Source: Pelomyxa schiedti
Taxonomy: Eukaryota; Protista; Evosea
Length of the DNA stretch: 64,000 nt
Direction: 5' to 3'
Assembly: GCA_020536535.1 (NCBI GenBank)
Contig: JAHLWZ010000496.1
Span: 89,474 to 153,473 of the forward strand
Positions within the stretch are counted from its first letter, which is position 1, and every line of letters begins with the position of its first letter. The notes under the pieces are model-generated. The model did no database searches, was not told the origin of the DNA, and saw only the letters and a program-made list of their open reading frames with translations. Shown in pieces: positions 48,963 through 61,078 of the stretch. The position numbers and the translations under genes were made by a program.

Positions 48963-49577
48963 ATGTCAACATTTCAGGAAAGTCAAAGCGGCGAAACAGT
49001 AGTATGTGTCCCCTCCACTACCGTGCCCTTTTCCCCCACGCTTATTACTTTTTTTTGTTTTTCTAACGAGTTTACAAGGGGTCGGATGTCTTCCCAGTGC
49101 AGTGCTCAGCATTGCGCAAAGGTGGATTTGTGGTGCTCAAGAACGCCCCGTGCAAGATAATGGAGATGCGCACCTCCAAGACTGGCAAGCATGGCCATGC
49201 TAAAGTGCACCTTGTGGGGATTGATATCTTCACTGGAAGGAAGTACGAAGACCTCTGCCCTTCCACCCACAATATGGTACTTCCCCCTTCTTGGACTATA
49301 GCTGCACGAGTTGTATTTGCAGTTGTATGGTTTTTCTAATAGTTATTTTCAGGATGTCCCTGAAGTAAAACGCGCAGACTATGACCTTATTGACATAGAA
49401 GACAAGGCAGTGTCGTTGCTGACTGATACCGGCGACATCAAGGATGACGTCTTGTTGCCCGAGGGTGAGCTTGGTGAGTCTATTTCTGCGGCCTTTGCAG
49501 AGGGACAGAATCTCACTGTCACCTGTCAGAAGGCAATGGGCATCGAGCAAATCATTTCATTCAAGGTTGACAACTGA
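48963..49577 (+). CDS. EIF5A: Eukaryotic translation initiation factor 5A
   Basis: [14 protein letters not shown], hypusine site [35 protein letters not shown]; two introns. Confidence 0.97.
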
Positions 49578-49742
49578 AAACCCTGTGAACTACAAACCAA
49601 ACCAAAACAACCAAAAACAAACAACTATTTAATCTGTCAAAAAAAATGAGTTGTTTCTTTCGAATTGCAGGGACATTTAGATTTATTTAAACACTGTATG
49701 TGCTAAAAAGCCAAAACAATCTGAAATGTACGCCGTTTGTAG

Positions 49743-52700
49743 TTATGTCTCGTCACGCTCCTTCTTTGGTATAATTGTGCTGAGTTCTTCTACCCACTGG
49801 TCCATGCTTTTTCTCGCTTCTGGCACTGAAAGAATGTGATTTCGGATACTTTGCTCATAGGCTGCCAAAATGTATTAGAGCAAATACAGTGATGTGGTGG
49901 ATGATTACCTGTTTTATTGGTAAAAAATTGATAGGCCAAAATTGAGTCCAGAGGGTCCTGTGTCTGGGGGAACAACAACAACTCATAAATACTATCAAGA
50001 ACCTGGAAGAGTAAACAAGTGCGAACTTAGGATCCTCAATAAATACAGTTTGCATTGTTGTGTCCGATGTCCAGTTGCGCCCAAATATAGGATGACATAT
50101 TCGGCCATAGGGACTGATGTTGCAATGAACAATGGGTGTGACGACTCGAACCTGACAAATGTGAATGGAGGATAAAACGGCGATAAGGAAAAGTGAATAA
50201 ATGAGATGACCAAGTACCTCGGGGCTGGAAAGAGGATAATCTGCAGGAAATGAGGCATACAACAACCAACTACCACCAGAATAAGGGCTGGAAGGTGGAC
50301 CCCTCATTATGATCCTCCAAAATCCAACATCTTCCAGGCACGGGAATACCTGGGGATGTTCCCTTTAGTGCAATACAAGTTGAGAATCATGAATCAAACA
50401 TGGTAGTCCTGATGATCATGATCACGCTGAATTCCAGCCAGCTCGGAAAGAATTCGTTGAACCTGATCTTTGGGCCTTGCCGAGTCCGGCTCTGCGGCTG
50501 TAGATTCAGTGGCCTGGCGACCGGATAATGTGGATGCAATTGTCGAACAAGGATGTGACAACATGCTTGGAAGTTGATGTTTCTGGGCAACACTTAGAAA
50601 TCCTTGTTTGGAATGTCAAGATCCACACCGGCACAGTTTGTTCATTGCAAAGATCTTTTGGCTGGTTCTTGTATGAATCAAGACCTGCTTGAGATGTGAC
50701 CAATGGAGCTTCTGTCCTTGGAGGCCTGGTGTGGTAAGATGATGAGTTTGAGCACACGACCCATGCCTCATTTCAGAAAATATGATTGTTTCCAATTCAA
50801 CCAATTTGAGTGCGTCTTTCAGTGACTGTGGTACAAAGGATAGCCCTCCTATTGAAGAGGGTCGTACAACGACGGGATAAAAATGTGGCATACCAGTGGC
50901 TTTGCATACAGCATGGAGAGCGTGATTTTTGTCACCTTCACAAATCATGACAGAGTCCAGAACGATTTTACTCGTCTGTAAGAGATTTGCAATTTCGTGC
51001 GGTAACTCTTTTGAACATGTGTCTTCTCCATCTAGTTATTGTTAAACTGAATGTATTATTCCCGGGCATGCAACCAGTGAGGCATAATATGCGTTTGATG
51101 CAATTCGGTCGTATTTTTGCAAAGGTATTCAAAGTGGAGGCTGCTAAATTGATTGCAGAGTAAAGTGCGGTGTTGCCTGTAAGTAAGTTTTTATAAATAT
51201 ACAAAGAGACCCATATTAAACTCACCTCTAGACCTAGCAGATTCAACGTGACATCGAAATTCCTCAAAAAGAGGCGTAATACCACATTCAAGTGAGGCAT
51301 TATCAGAAAAAAGTACGAGGCCAATTTGAACAGGATAGTTGTAAGCCTTTAGTCGTATGTTGGAAAAGAGTAAAATGTGAAACTCTTACCACTGAGCGGT
51401 TGACAAAGGCATTGAACAATTGCTTTACAATGTCTAAGCGGGTCATTCTGGACTCCGGTTTGTATGAACTCCGAGAGTCCATCTGGAACTTGAGAGTTAA
51501 GGCCTTGTCCACACTGCGAACACAATGCTGTCCCACAATATCACAGGACCTGAGTGCGTTTCCCACCTGTTTAAAGGTTCTCAGACTAAACTTATAGCAA
51601 AGGGAATTACTGATATGCCATCACCGCATATATGAAGACCTTTCCACAAAGTAAAGCGACTTGGTTCCAATCCCGTTTTCAGCCACAACTTTAGCTCCAG
51701 AGCCCTCACAGAACTATATGCATCAATTTGGAACTGAACAGCAGGCATTCCCCGTCTCTCAGCAGTGATATTAACACGCTCTCCTTCGTGGAAGTTCCGT
51801 CGCTTGGATTCGGGGTGCATAACCTGCAGATGAATTAATAGAAGTTGGAGGACGTGAAACTGAGTACTTCTTTCTTAAATGTTGGACACTTGGGACCATT
51901 TAACTTGTTCAACAGAAAGATTCTGTTTTCTTTCACTGTCATAATTGACTTCCATTTGTGACTGAAACTGTCAAAAAACCTTAACTTTGTTGTGGAAGTA
52001 GGGTCTCCTCACCAAGAAACTTCATAAAGTATTTTTGAGGAGTTCCCCCGGGATTTGAGAATTTTTTGTAAGTAGTGCCCATTTCGAGACTGGCATAGCT
52101 TGAGAAAGTGAGTTCAGAGACGTTCGGGGGAAGAATGGTACCTTCTCAATCTTCCGTTGGGCTTCTGGAACTGGAATGATCAAGAGTGGAGGCGGAGATG
52201 CAATCTGATCATCGACGAAGGAAAAACTGCGGGAAATCATGGATGAACTTGTGTCCAGGGCCACAATGACAGCTTCTTTCACCTACAATATGATGTGAAT
52301 ACAAGGCAGGCTGGGGAGGATATTTGCCTCTCGTTCATCAACAATCACATCCCTTTTTGTCGTCCCAAGGGTTTTGGCCAGAATTTGAAGTGGGGGGTGC
52401 ACTTACTGCAGGGGTGACGGCTACACAGCGCCCAGAAAGAGGGAAGAATAGTTGCACTTCACCTACACCGCAATGCTGTGGGCCGAGACAGACTGAGTGG
52501 GAGGCATTTTCGTCCAGAGTGATGCAAGGTGTTTTGGCTGTAGTGAGGTTGAGGGGTGCAACTAGGTGCAATGCTGTAAAGGAAGTTCTATTTTTCAAAA
52601 CACTCTCCCAAGGCGCCTCTTGCACAGATCTCACAATCTGGGAGGAAAAGAGGGATTAGGCTGGTAAAAATGCTGGCAAAAATACTGAAAGAATAGATTT

Positions 52701-54580
52701 ATGAATGCGATTCGTTGCTACTTGTGATATCTCTTGCGTCCCTACCGAAGTACCATGCAATTTCCAGATTATAACTACCAGGAAGTCAGAAAGTGAAGCT
52801 GAATGTGGTGAGAATACCTTGAAGAGGCTTTTGACGTGAGACAACAAGAAGGGCAAGTGTTTGCTTGTCTGCCATGGCACATTGTCTTTGAGCCTCAATT
52901 GCAATTGAGGTCCTATTCAACGGCCGTTTCTGTTTCTTTGTTTCAGAAAAAAAGACGAGGCGAGAAAGATGTGAACGCACAGTGGACATAACGGGATCAA
53001 AAACGCGCTCAAAGGACTTGGAACAAAGAAGGGATTCTTTCACAAATGGACACTGTGTGTTTGGTGAGGTTCCTTGGAGAAGAATTCCAAAACAAGTGAT
53101 TGACTGGGGGAAAAAAGGGTTTAGATGGTGAGAAGACTATGGTTAGTCATACATGCTCAAACACGTTTTTGTCGGACCCATTTTCCAGAGTCTTGGGAAC
53201 TATCTGACGAAAGATTTCCCAAAAATAGCAACTTATAGCGCTCTTCAGTGTGTATGAAATCACTCCCTGATCCACAAGATAACGCAACCCAATCCACGCT
53301 GGTGGAAAGAAGAGGGCCTGGTCGCTAATGAGAAGGGGTGGCGAAACTGCCGCAATGAACATACATCGTTAGATGCAAGGGACCATGAAGCGAAGTCAGA
53401 TAGTCGAGAAGAGAAGTGGCTAGCCAAGGTGTATAGACACGAAAGGAATTGTGCCATTCCAGGAAGTGTCTGGGCTGATTGAAATGGTTGATAGGCAGTG
53501 CAATGAGCAAACCGGTGTAAACTGCCTTCATCCACTGACAAATTGATCTGGAAACAACATTTAGAAAACAACAATCACATCATCAACATACATGTGAACA
53601 ACTTGTGATTCCCGACTCAGACAAATTGCCCTGGCTGAGTGCCCTCTTTTTGCACATTAGTGTTTGCATTGGAACTGGAATCCCGGTGACACGCTCAATC
53701 TCCTTCTTCAATGTTCCAGCAGTGTCTTTGGACAGATCCAGCTTGATGTTGAAGTAAAACTTTATGCCTGGTTGAGTTTGCCCAATAGACTTTGTTTTAT
53801 TGCTTGCGGTTGATCGCTCCACATTTTGTGCTTGCACCTTGTAAGTTGCACCAGGGATAGGATATTTGGTTGAAACTCTGATCACGTCGTTCCTCGTCGC
53901 CGCCTGTGCAAGGTAATTAATTTAATTAACCACTACTTACCCCCCATTCACAATACTTTGTTGGCAGTGTTGAAACGGGGAGATACGTTTTTGATTTTAA
54001 TTGGAGAGCTATCTCTGACTTTGTCACAGCACAACCAAGCATAGGCACTGACTTGCTGCTCTTGCGGCTGTGCCGACGCGGCCGAGCCCCCCTCGCAAGC
54101 AGGGCGAGTAAGCCTGGACACGTCCACGCCGCATTCCTCCAGAGTGCGCACATCGGCAAGAGGCCCATCCACAACCACCACGCCACCATCCCCATTCACA
54201 AGCGCCAACTCAACCTGGCTGTTCACAACATCGACGCAATCCGCCAACGAGGATCCTGATGCCGCCGACGCTGCCGACGCCGTTGACGACGACGTTGACG
54301 TGGGCGTGGACGTGGAGGTGGACAAGCGGGGGTGCTTGGCAGGGAAGGGCCTCGACGCGGTGGCTGACGCGTAGGCCTCGATCAAGTCTCGGTGTATTGC
54401 GTCCCTGAGGTCCCTCACCGTTGGTCCCCTGCCGCCATTCCCTTGGTTTTGTTGTTGCTCCACGGAAAGTGACACCTTCCTGAACGTGGATTCCCGGAGC
54501 CAGAAGCAATTGTAGTGCACGACGACGTTTGAGCGTTGCGTTGCGTCGGCCCCCGACGACATCGAGGCGTCGCTCGCCAT
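49743..54580 (-). CDS. Multi-domain ubiquitin-like / vWA / ubiquitin-conjugating (E2) protein
   Basis: Ubl-like segments (PTVRDLRDAI...LADVRTLEECGV; TAGTLKKEIERVTGIPVPMQTLM...GNLSESGI; SVRALELKLWLKTGLEPSRFTLW), vWA (IVALDTSSSM, RLDIVKQLFNAFVNR, GNTALYSAI, RILCLT), UBC (FPADYPLSSPEV..TPIVHCNISPYGRICHPIFGRNW). Many introns; the model is approximate. Confidence 0.75.
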
Positions 54581-55080
54581 GGCACCTGCTGTGCGATCAT
54601 TTTGGTGTGGAGATTGCCCCAACTTGGAGTGCCATGCGGCGTTTGAAGTTTTTTTTGTTTAGCGGGGAAGTAACGGATATGCACACTCTACTAGATAGTC
54701 TGCAAATGCGCAACGAGCTTATGGTATTGTCTTTCTAATCAGTACTATGTCTGTTGCTGGGCTTTTGCACGTCACTTAATGTAAACTACTACAATTTACT
54801 CTGTATTTGTCTTCTCCTTTTTTTTATCCATTACTCATGGGCCTACTTGAAAAGAAAAAACTGTCTTTTGAATGTCTCAGCCCAATGTGGAGAGGCGGCA
54901 ATAATATGTACCGCCCTGTTCTGTTTTGCTTCCTTGTACTTCTTGTTTCTTCTGATGCATTACAAAAGCCGGTGGTTTGTTGTGCCTACAAGAAAAAACC
55001 AAAACCCATTTTGATCAAAAATGATAAATTTTGTTTTACTCTACACCCAATACACAAACAGGTTCACACTGTCTGGGTAT

Positions 55081-57389
55081 TTAATCCACTTCTTCTATCT
55101 TGGGCCCGCCAGTCTTTGTTGATCCACTTGAGCTGGAGGAAGAGGGTGTGCTTCTTGAAGGGGTGGGTCCGTCTCCTCCAAAGTGGGGCATTTCACCTCC
55201 TGGGAACCCTCCTGGCATTCCTCCCGGCATTCCACCTGGCATTCCGCTGGCCCCACTTGATTGGTATAACTTGATCATGATGGGCTGTACAACATCCTCC
55301 AGCTGCTTCACGCGAGCTTCGTACTCCTCCTTTGTGGCCTGTTGGTTGTGGTCCAGCCATTCAATCGCTTCATTGCAGGCTTCCTCAAGCTGTCGAGAGC
55401 GGTTAGGATAAATTGGAGTGAGGAGAGGAAAACGTACCCTTTTTTTATCACCAGAGTCAATCTTGGTTGCTATTTTGTCATCTTTTACAGAGTTCTTCAC
55501 GGAGTAAGCATAGCTTTCAAGATGGTGTTTGGCATCAATCCGTCCTTTCTGCTCTTCATCATCTGCTTTATACTTCTCAGCATCATGAAGCATTGCGTCA
55601 ATTTGTTCCTTGGATAGTCTCCCCTTGTCATTTGTGATGGTGATGTTGTTCCTTTTGCCGGTTGTCTTGTCTTCAGTTGTTACGTTGAGAATTCCGTTGG
55701 CGTCCACGTCGAATGTGACTTCAATTTGAGGGACTCCTCTTGGAGCTGGTGGAATTCCCGACAATTCAAATTTGCCCAGAAGGTTGCAGTGTCTTGTCAT
55801 TGGACGCCGACCCTCATACACTTGAATCAAAACTCCTGGTTGATTGTCTGAATAGGTGGAGAATATCTGAGACTTCTTCGCTGGCACAGTTGTATTTCTT
55901 GGAATGAGTGGAGTCATAACACCGCCGGCTGTCTCAATACCCAGTGTCAGTGGTGTCACATCGAGCCACAGAAGGTCCTGGACTTTCGCGCCACCAGCAC
56001 CGGTGAGAATTGCGGCCTGCACTGCTGCACCATAAGCCACTGCTTCGTCTGGATTGACTGATTTGTTGAGTTCTTTTCCGTTAAAGAAGTCTTGTAGCAA
56101 TTGCTGCACTTTAGGAATACGAGTTGATCCTCCCACGAGCACAACATCGTGGATTGAGCTCTTGTCAAGGAGTGTGTCACGAAGTACCTTCTCCACTGGT
56201 TCCAGGGTTGACTGGAACAAGTCAATGTTCAATTCCTCAAACTTAGCCCTTGTGATTGTTGCGTAGTAGTCTACTCCCTTAAATAGCTGATCAACTTCAA
56301 TAGATGCCTGAGCTTGTGAAGAAAGGGTTCTCTTGGCACGTTCACAGGCGGTGCGCAGCCTTCGGAGGGCCCGGGCATTGCCACTCATGTCCTTGTTGTA
56401 CCTCCTCTTGAAATCATTGGCAAAGAAGTCGACCAGTCGGTTATCAAAGTCCTCACCGCCAAGATGGGTATCACCAGATGTTGCCTTGACTTCAAAGATA
56501 CCTTCCTCAATCGCCAGAAGGGAGACATCGAATGTGCCGCCTCCCAAATCGAAAATCAGGATGTTCCTCTCACCACCGTTCTTATCCAGACCATAAGCAA
56601 TAGCCGCAGCAGTAGTTTCATTGATGATCCTGAGCACATTGAGCCCCGCAATTGTTCCTGCGTCTTTGGTTGCTTGTCTTTGCGAGTCATTGAAATATGC
56701 AGGGCACCTGTACATCATAAATTAGCATTACTATGCACAATATATCACAACAACTTAGCACTAAAGGAAAAAAAAAAAAAAAGCGAAATCACATGTAATG
56801 TGGCAGCAGCAACTTCAAGCACCAAACCATACAACCCTCCTCCGTGATCAAAACCAACTTTTTCTCAGTCTTTCCTCAGGAAAAGTTGGTTTTAGATGCG
56901 GCGGAGCGTTGTAAGTCAAAACACGGAAGTAAACACTTACGTTATAACTGCGTCCTTTACGGGCTTGCCCAAATGAGATTCAGCAATCTCCTTCATCTTG
57001 GTGAGCACCATTGACGAAATCTCCTCAGGGGTGAACGTCTTGTAGTCCCCGCGGTACACCACCTGTATCATTGGCTTGTCCCCCTTGTTTATTACCCTGA
57101 AGGGCCAGTGGGTCATGTCCGACTGGACCGAGGGGTCGCTGAACCTGCGGCCGATCAGCCGTTTGGCGTCGAACACCGTGTTCTCGACGTTCATCGCGGT
57201 CTGGTTCTTGGCCGCGGCGCCGATGAGCCTCTCCTGGTCCGTGAAGGCGACGTAGGACGGCGTGACGCGGTTGCCCTGCTCGTTGGCGATGATCTCCACG
57301 CGGTCGTTCCGCCACACCCCGACGCATGAGTACGTGGTCCCCAGGTCGATGCCCACGGCTGGTGCTTTGCTTGCTGATGTGGATGCCAT
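55081..57389 (-). CDS. HSP70: Cytosolic HSP70
   Basis: [41 protein letters not shown] repeats, C-terminal EEVD; introns 56710-56936 and 55390-55437. Confidence 0.97.
56830..56913 (-). ncRNA. Candidate structured intronic RNA (84-nt hairpin) in HSP70 intron 1
   Basis: 13-bp perfect inner stem 56850-56862/56881-56893 extended by imperfect outer pairing to TACAAC(56830)/GTTGTA(56913), inside a 227-nt intron. Confidence 0.45.
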
Positions 57390-57581
57390 GTTGTTTTGTA
57401 TTGTTTTCTTGGTGGAACGCTTTTTTTTGTTTGTTTGTTTCCCCAATTTGTTTTTGGATAAAATGGTTACCAAGTTTATTCAGACCCTAGTTGGTAGAGC
57501 TCCCCTCCAACTACAAAAAGGTGTTGTGTATAAAAAAAACAAAGGCTTTCTATTCTTAAGCTACACTGTACGTTGTGGGCT

Positions 57582-60079
57582 TCATTGCAATTCTAATTCT
57601 ACAAGCATCTTTGAAGTATGGTAAGAACAAGATTCGCATTTGGGAGCAGTTACTTTGGCAAGTAGGGCTGCAGACCAGTGATAGTCACGAATAGACCCAG
57701 AGGGTGTACCCTTTCTCAAAACATTTTCTGGATCAACTGGTTTTTGTGTTGGAATGGTTTTTAACAAGGTGGTTTGTGATACCCTCGTCAGCAGAATCAT
57801 AGAACTCGAAAATTTTCCCTTCTTTCTCATAGTACTTCTGCATGCAAGTTATTGTACTTTCAATGATTGAATTGGCCATGTCTTTATATCTTTTTGTGAA
57901 ATTAGAATGAGGTTTGGCAAGTGCCTATACCCGTGATTCTTTAAACCCACGGCAGTCAGAAAGTTGAAGTTCACCCACATAGGACCGCGCCACATATCCG
58001 TCGAATAAGCTGCATTATCTTTGGATACACTTGCAATTGGAACAACTATCACCAGTAAGGAAAAAAAAACAAACAAAAAGCGTTTAGCAAAAAGAGGTTC
58101 TACCTGTGTTGAAAGATGAGGGATCTTGAAGGAGCTGCAGAAGAGCTTGCAAGTGGTCTTCTGGAATGTCTTATAACTTTTTGAGTGCTATTATAATATG
58201 GGCAGAAAAAGTTTATTACCTGGTAACAGCAGAGCTGTGAACATTGAAACTGCCTTCACCTCAGAATAGTTTCCGTCCATCATTCTATCAGTGTAGAACT
58301 TGAGAGATGAAGACCACAAGTCAGAGTGTATGCTGGATGATAATTCTGACGCTTGTGCCTGCCATTCCTCAGCCTGAAAAAAAAAAAGGTGTTAAGATGT
58401 TGTCAAGACATTTAGTGTAAGGTACTTTGTCTGTATCATTTAATTCCAACGCAATAAGGCTGAGGTAATTCATTTCTTGAGCAGCAAAGCAGGAGAAATC
58501 AATATTGTCCATAGTATAGGGGATTCCAAAGGCATTTTGATAATCCCAGCGGGGAGAGTTGTCCATGCCTTGTATATTTGTCTTTAGAATTGATGAGTTA
58601 CCTACTACAACGAACCTGATTCCCCACAGGGACAGTTCTCACTCTTCTGGACTCGCCATTCGAGAAGTCCTACATTATTCAACTATTTAGAGTTCAGTTC
58701 GACTTGGATAACGAATCGCACCATTTCCATTGCTATCTCGGTATTTCATGTCCCACTGAATATACTTTTCCAAACGAGGAAATGCGTACTGCAGGGAGGA
58801 GATATTTTTGGTAACCTAGCCAACGGTTATGCTTAAGAAAAAAAAAGTGTGCAGCAAACTTGATAGTTTTCCCAAACAGCCCAGGACAGCAGTGGGGGTT
58901 GTGTGTCCTCGATGTTGCTTATGCCATCAAAATCCATTTCACAAAGGATCTTGCCATCGGCAAGTTGTTTGGAGAGAACGGACTGCAGGAATTGCCAACT
59001 TATATCTGGGTGGAACTATATGTGTAATGCATGAAATGAGAGGGGGTCGGCGTGCGTACCAAATTCATCGCGAATGAGTGGAAACAACTATCCCAGAGCC
59101 ACATTTCTCTATGTGGCTCCCTGTCGGGAGTGGACCACATGTAGCTTTAAGGAAGACTATAAACAGGGAGAAATTTTGAGTTGGGGATACTTGATTGAAC
59201 CTTCCGCAGTAAGAGTATTAACCTGTTTGTAAGTGAGAAAGCAAACTAAAATATAAGAAAACCTTCATCACACTGAAGCATTTTTTCAACAATCGGTCCT
59301 TTCCAGGGTCAGAAAGCTGAGGAAGAACCGAAAATGACGACAGCCTTGCATCCATCACCTCGGAAAAATCTCCACCTGCTCCCTCAGTTGCCCTATCACA
59401 TGCCTCACTCACGCTTCTACCGTAAGCCACGCCAATTGTTCCTTGACTAGTGTTGGTGAGTGCAATTGACTCAGTGCGCAACAGATCGGAGACTATCCAG
59501 CAACCAAGGTCACTGTGCCAACTAGAGCTCTCCAGGGCGACACTGACTGACCCAGATACAAATCCAGTTAGTGTGTGCCATGCCGAAAAGGCCAAACCCA
59601 ACAGGTCTGAAACAATCCAAATCAGATGGATGTTAGAAATGGCACGCAGTTAAGAGAATTAATAACAATAACAATAACTCTAGTAATAGCAACAACGATA
59701 AGCGGTAGTAACAAAGGAGAGTAAATACAACAGAGAGGGGTTTGCCTTCCTCTCCCACAATACCTTGCTGCGTTGTGCCGTCAATGACATACAGCACGTC
59801 GCCGGTGGCCACAACAACGTCGGAATCTGCCAGCTGCCCCGTCGACATCCCAAACGACACGGCCGTGGGCGCGGTCACGTACGCAAAGTCTACGCCGTAC
59901 GCCGTGGACGAAAACGCGCCGACAAAGTCGTGCGCCTCGTTGGACTCGCCGTCGAGCCCCGAGAACGCAAACAGCTCCCCGCCCCCGTACACGTCGGGCA
60001 CGTTGGCGTAGCCCACAGACGTCGCGGCAGCCATCGCCGCCACGGCCACAGCCACTTCGACCCACAACCGCCGAACCAT
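57582..60079 (-). CDS. Secreted GH63/MGH1-like (alpha/alpha)6 glycoside hydrolase
   Basis: Signal peptide MVRRLWVEVAVAVAAMAAATSVG; PHREMWLWDSCFH, GMDNSPRWD, DFSCFAAQEMNYL, MWRGPMWVNFNFL, FFEFYDS, YHWSAAL. Confidence 0.8.
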
Positions 60080-60149
60080 ACACCGCGTCGCTTGGTTTTT
60101 TGAGTTTGAGGCAACAAAAAAATTCGTCCAGTTGGACCACCACCAACAG

Positions 60150-60433
60150 ATGGACGCGACCACAACAACCACGAGGAGAAACAACGCAACTGGCTTTGAC
60201 CACCCACTGGCACCTTGCGACGAAGCCGACGACGCAGCGACGAAGGCGAGGGCGGCGGCGCTGTCACGTGCTGTGTGGGTGTCGCGTGTTGTGTGGGATT
60301 TGGTCGTGGCGTGGCTGGTGCCCCAGCTCAGAGCCCCCTGCCGGCGCCGCCTCGACGGCGCGACCCCACCCCCCGCCGCCGGGATGTCGCCCGAGCAGGC
60401 GGCGACGCTGTGCGGGGTGGCCGAGGCGATGTC
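60150..60433 (+). pseudogene. GC-rich 5' fragment of a gene, truncated where the palindrome-rich block begins
   Basis: ATG 60150; GC3-rich coding-like frame (AAALSRAVWVSRVVWDLVVAWLVP...LCGVAEAM) switches abruptly to T-tract, non-coding-like sequence at ~60433-60460. Confidence 0.45.
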
Positions 60434-60900
60434 TGGGACTGCCCAAGTGTGCACACTTTTTATCGGGTTTATTAGTTTTCTCAGTCCAGAGACGAGGAAC
60501 TGAGACGGAAAAAAAAGGCGTTTTCTACAAGACCATCGGCCACGGGGTGCAACCGTTTGCAGGACTCAGCGTGGGCTGGATGCTGAGAACAGCCAAAAAC
60601 CTAATTTTTTTTCCTTTTCGTTTGTGTGCACACCAAATGAAGGGGAAAAAAAATTCCCCCGATCGCGGGGTGTGCACACAGTTTGCACCACGCCAACGGC
60701 CGACAGACACACCAATGTGCTTCCCACCCCAAAAAAATCAGGCACAGCCTGGACCATTTTTTTGTTTTTGTCGATTTGGGTCCGATCGGACTTTCTACAC
60801 TCTTTCACGCGCGAGATGGTTCGGTCCTGAATGCTTTGTGATGGTGTTCAGGACCGTGTGGTTTTTGTATTTGGCAGAGCACACAATAGACAAGGACCCC
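60433..60900. mobile_element. Candidate element terminus with three GTGTGCACAC palindromic boxes and nested inverted repeats
   Basis: GTGTGCACAC at 60447, 60624 and 60670 (first within 14-bp palindrome AAGTGTGCACACTT); GTGTGCACACC/GGTGTGCACAC enclose GGGGAA/TTCCCC; GTCCGATCGGAC palindrome ~60780-60791. Confidence 0.45.
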
Positions 60901-61078
60901 CAAGCATAATCAAAACTTTTTCCCTTAAAAAAAACCCCGATTAATCGTAAACCCCGAGTTAAGGCAAACATTGTACCGCAAAGCCAAGACTCTGTCTGAG
61001 AGAAACTTGAAACAGTTTTGTGATGCTACTGTAGGGTGTTTAACTAACATTTGTCTTTTTTTTTTTTTTGTTTAGACA

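Noticed and set aside
55390-55437. Apparent 16-aa insertion [16 protein letters not shown] in HSP70
   Set aside because: It is a 48-nt stop-free GTACGT...CAG intron read through by the ORF finder.
56710-56936. U14 snoRNA (hosted in hsc70 introns in vertebrates)
   Set aside because: No terminal box C (RUGAUGA)/box D pair or recognisable 18S-complementary domain A; only the generic hairpin is retained as a finding.
57487-57515. Small hairpin TAGTTGG...CCAACTA upstream of HSP70 as terminator or heat-shock element
   Set aside because: 7-bp stem only; no canonical nGAAnnTTCn array was recognisable.
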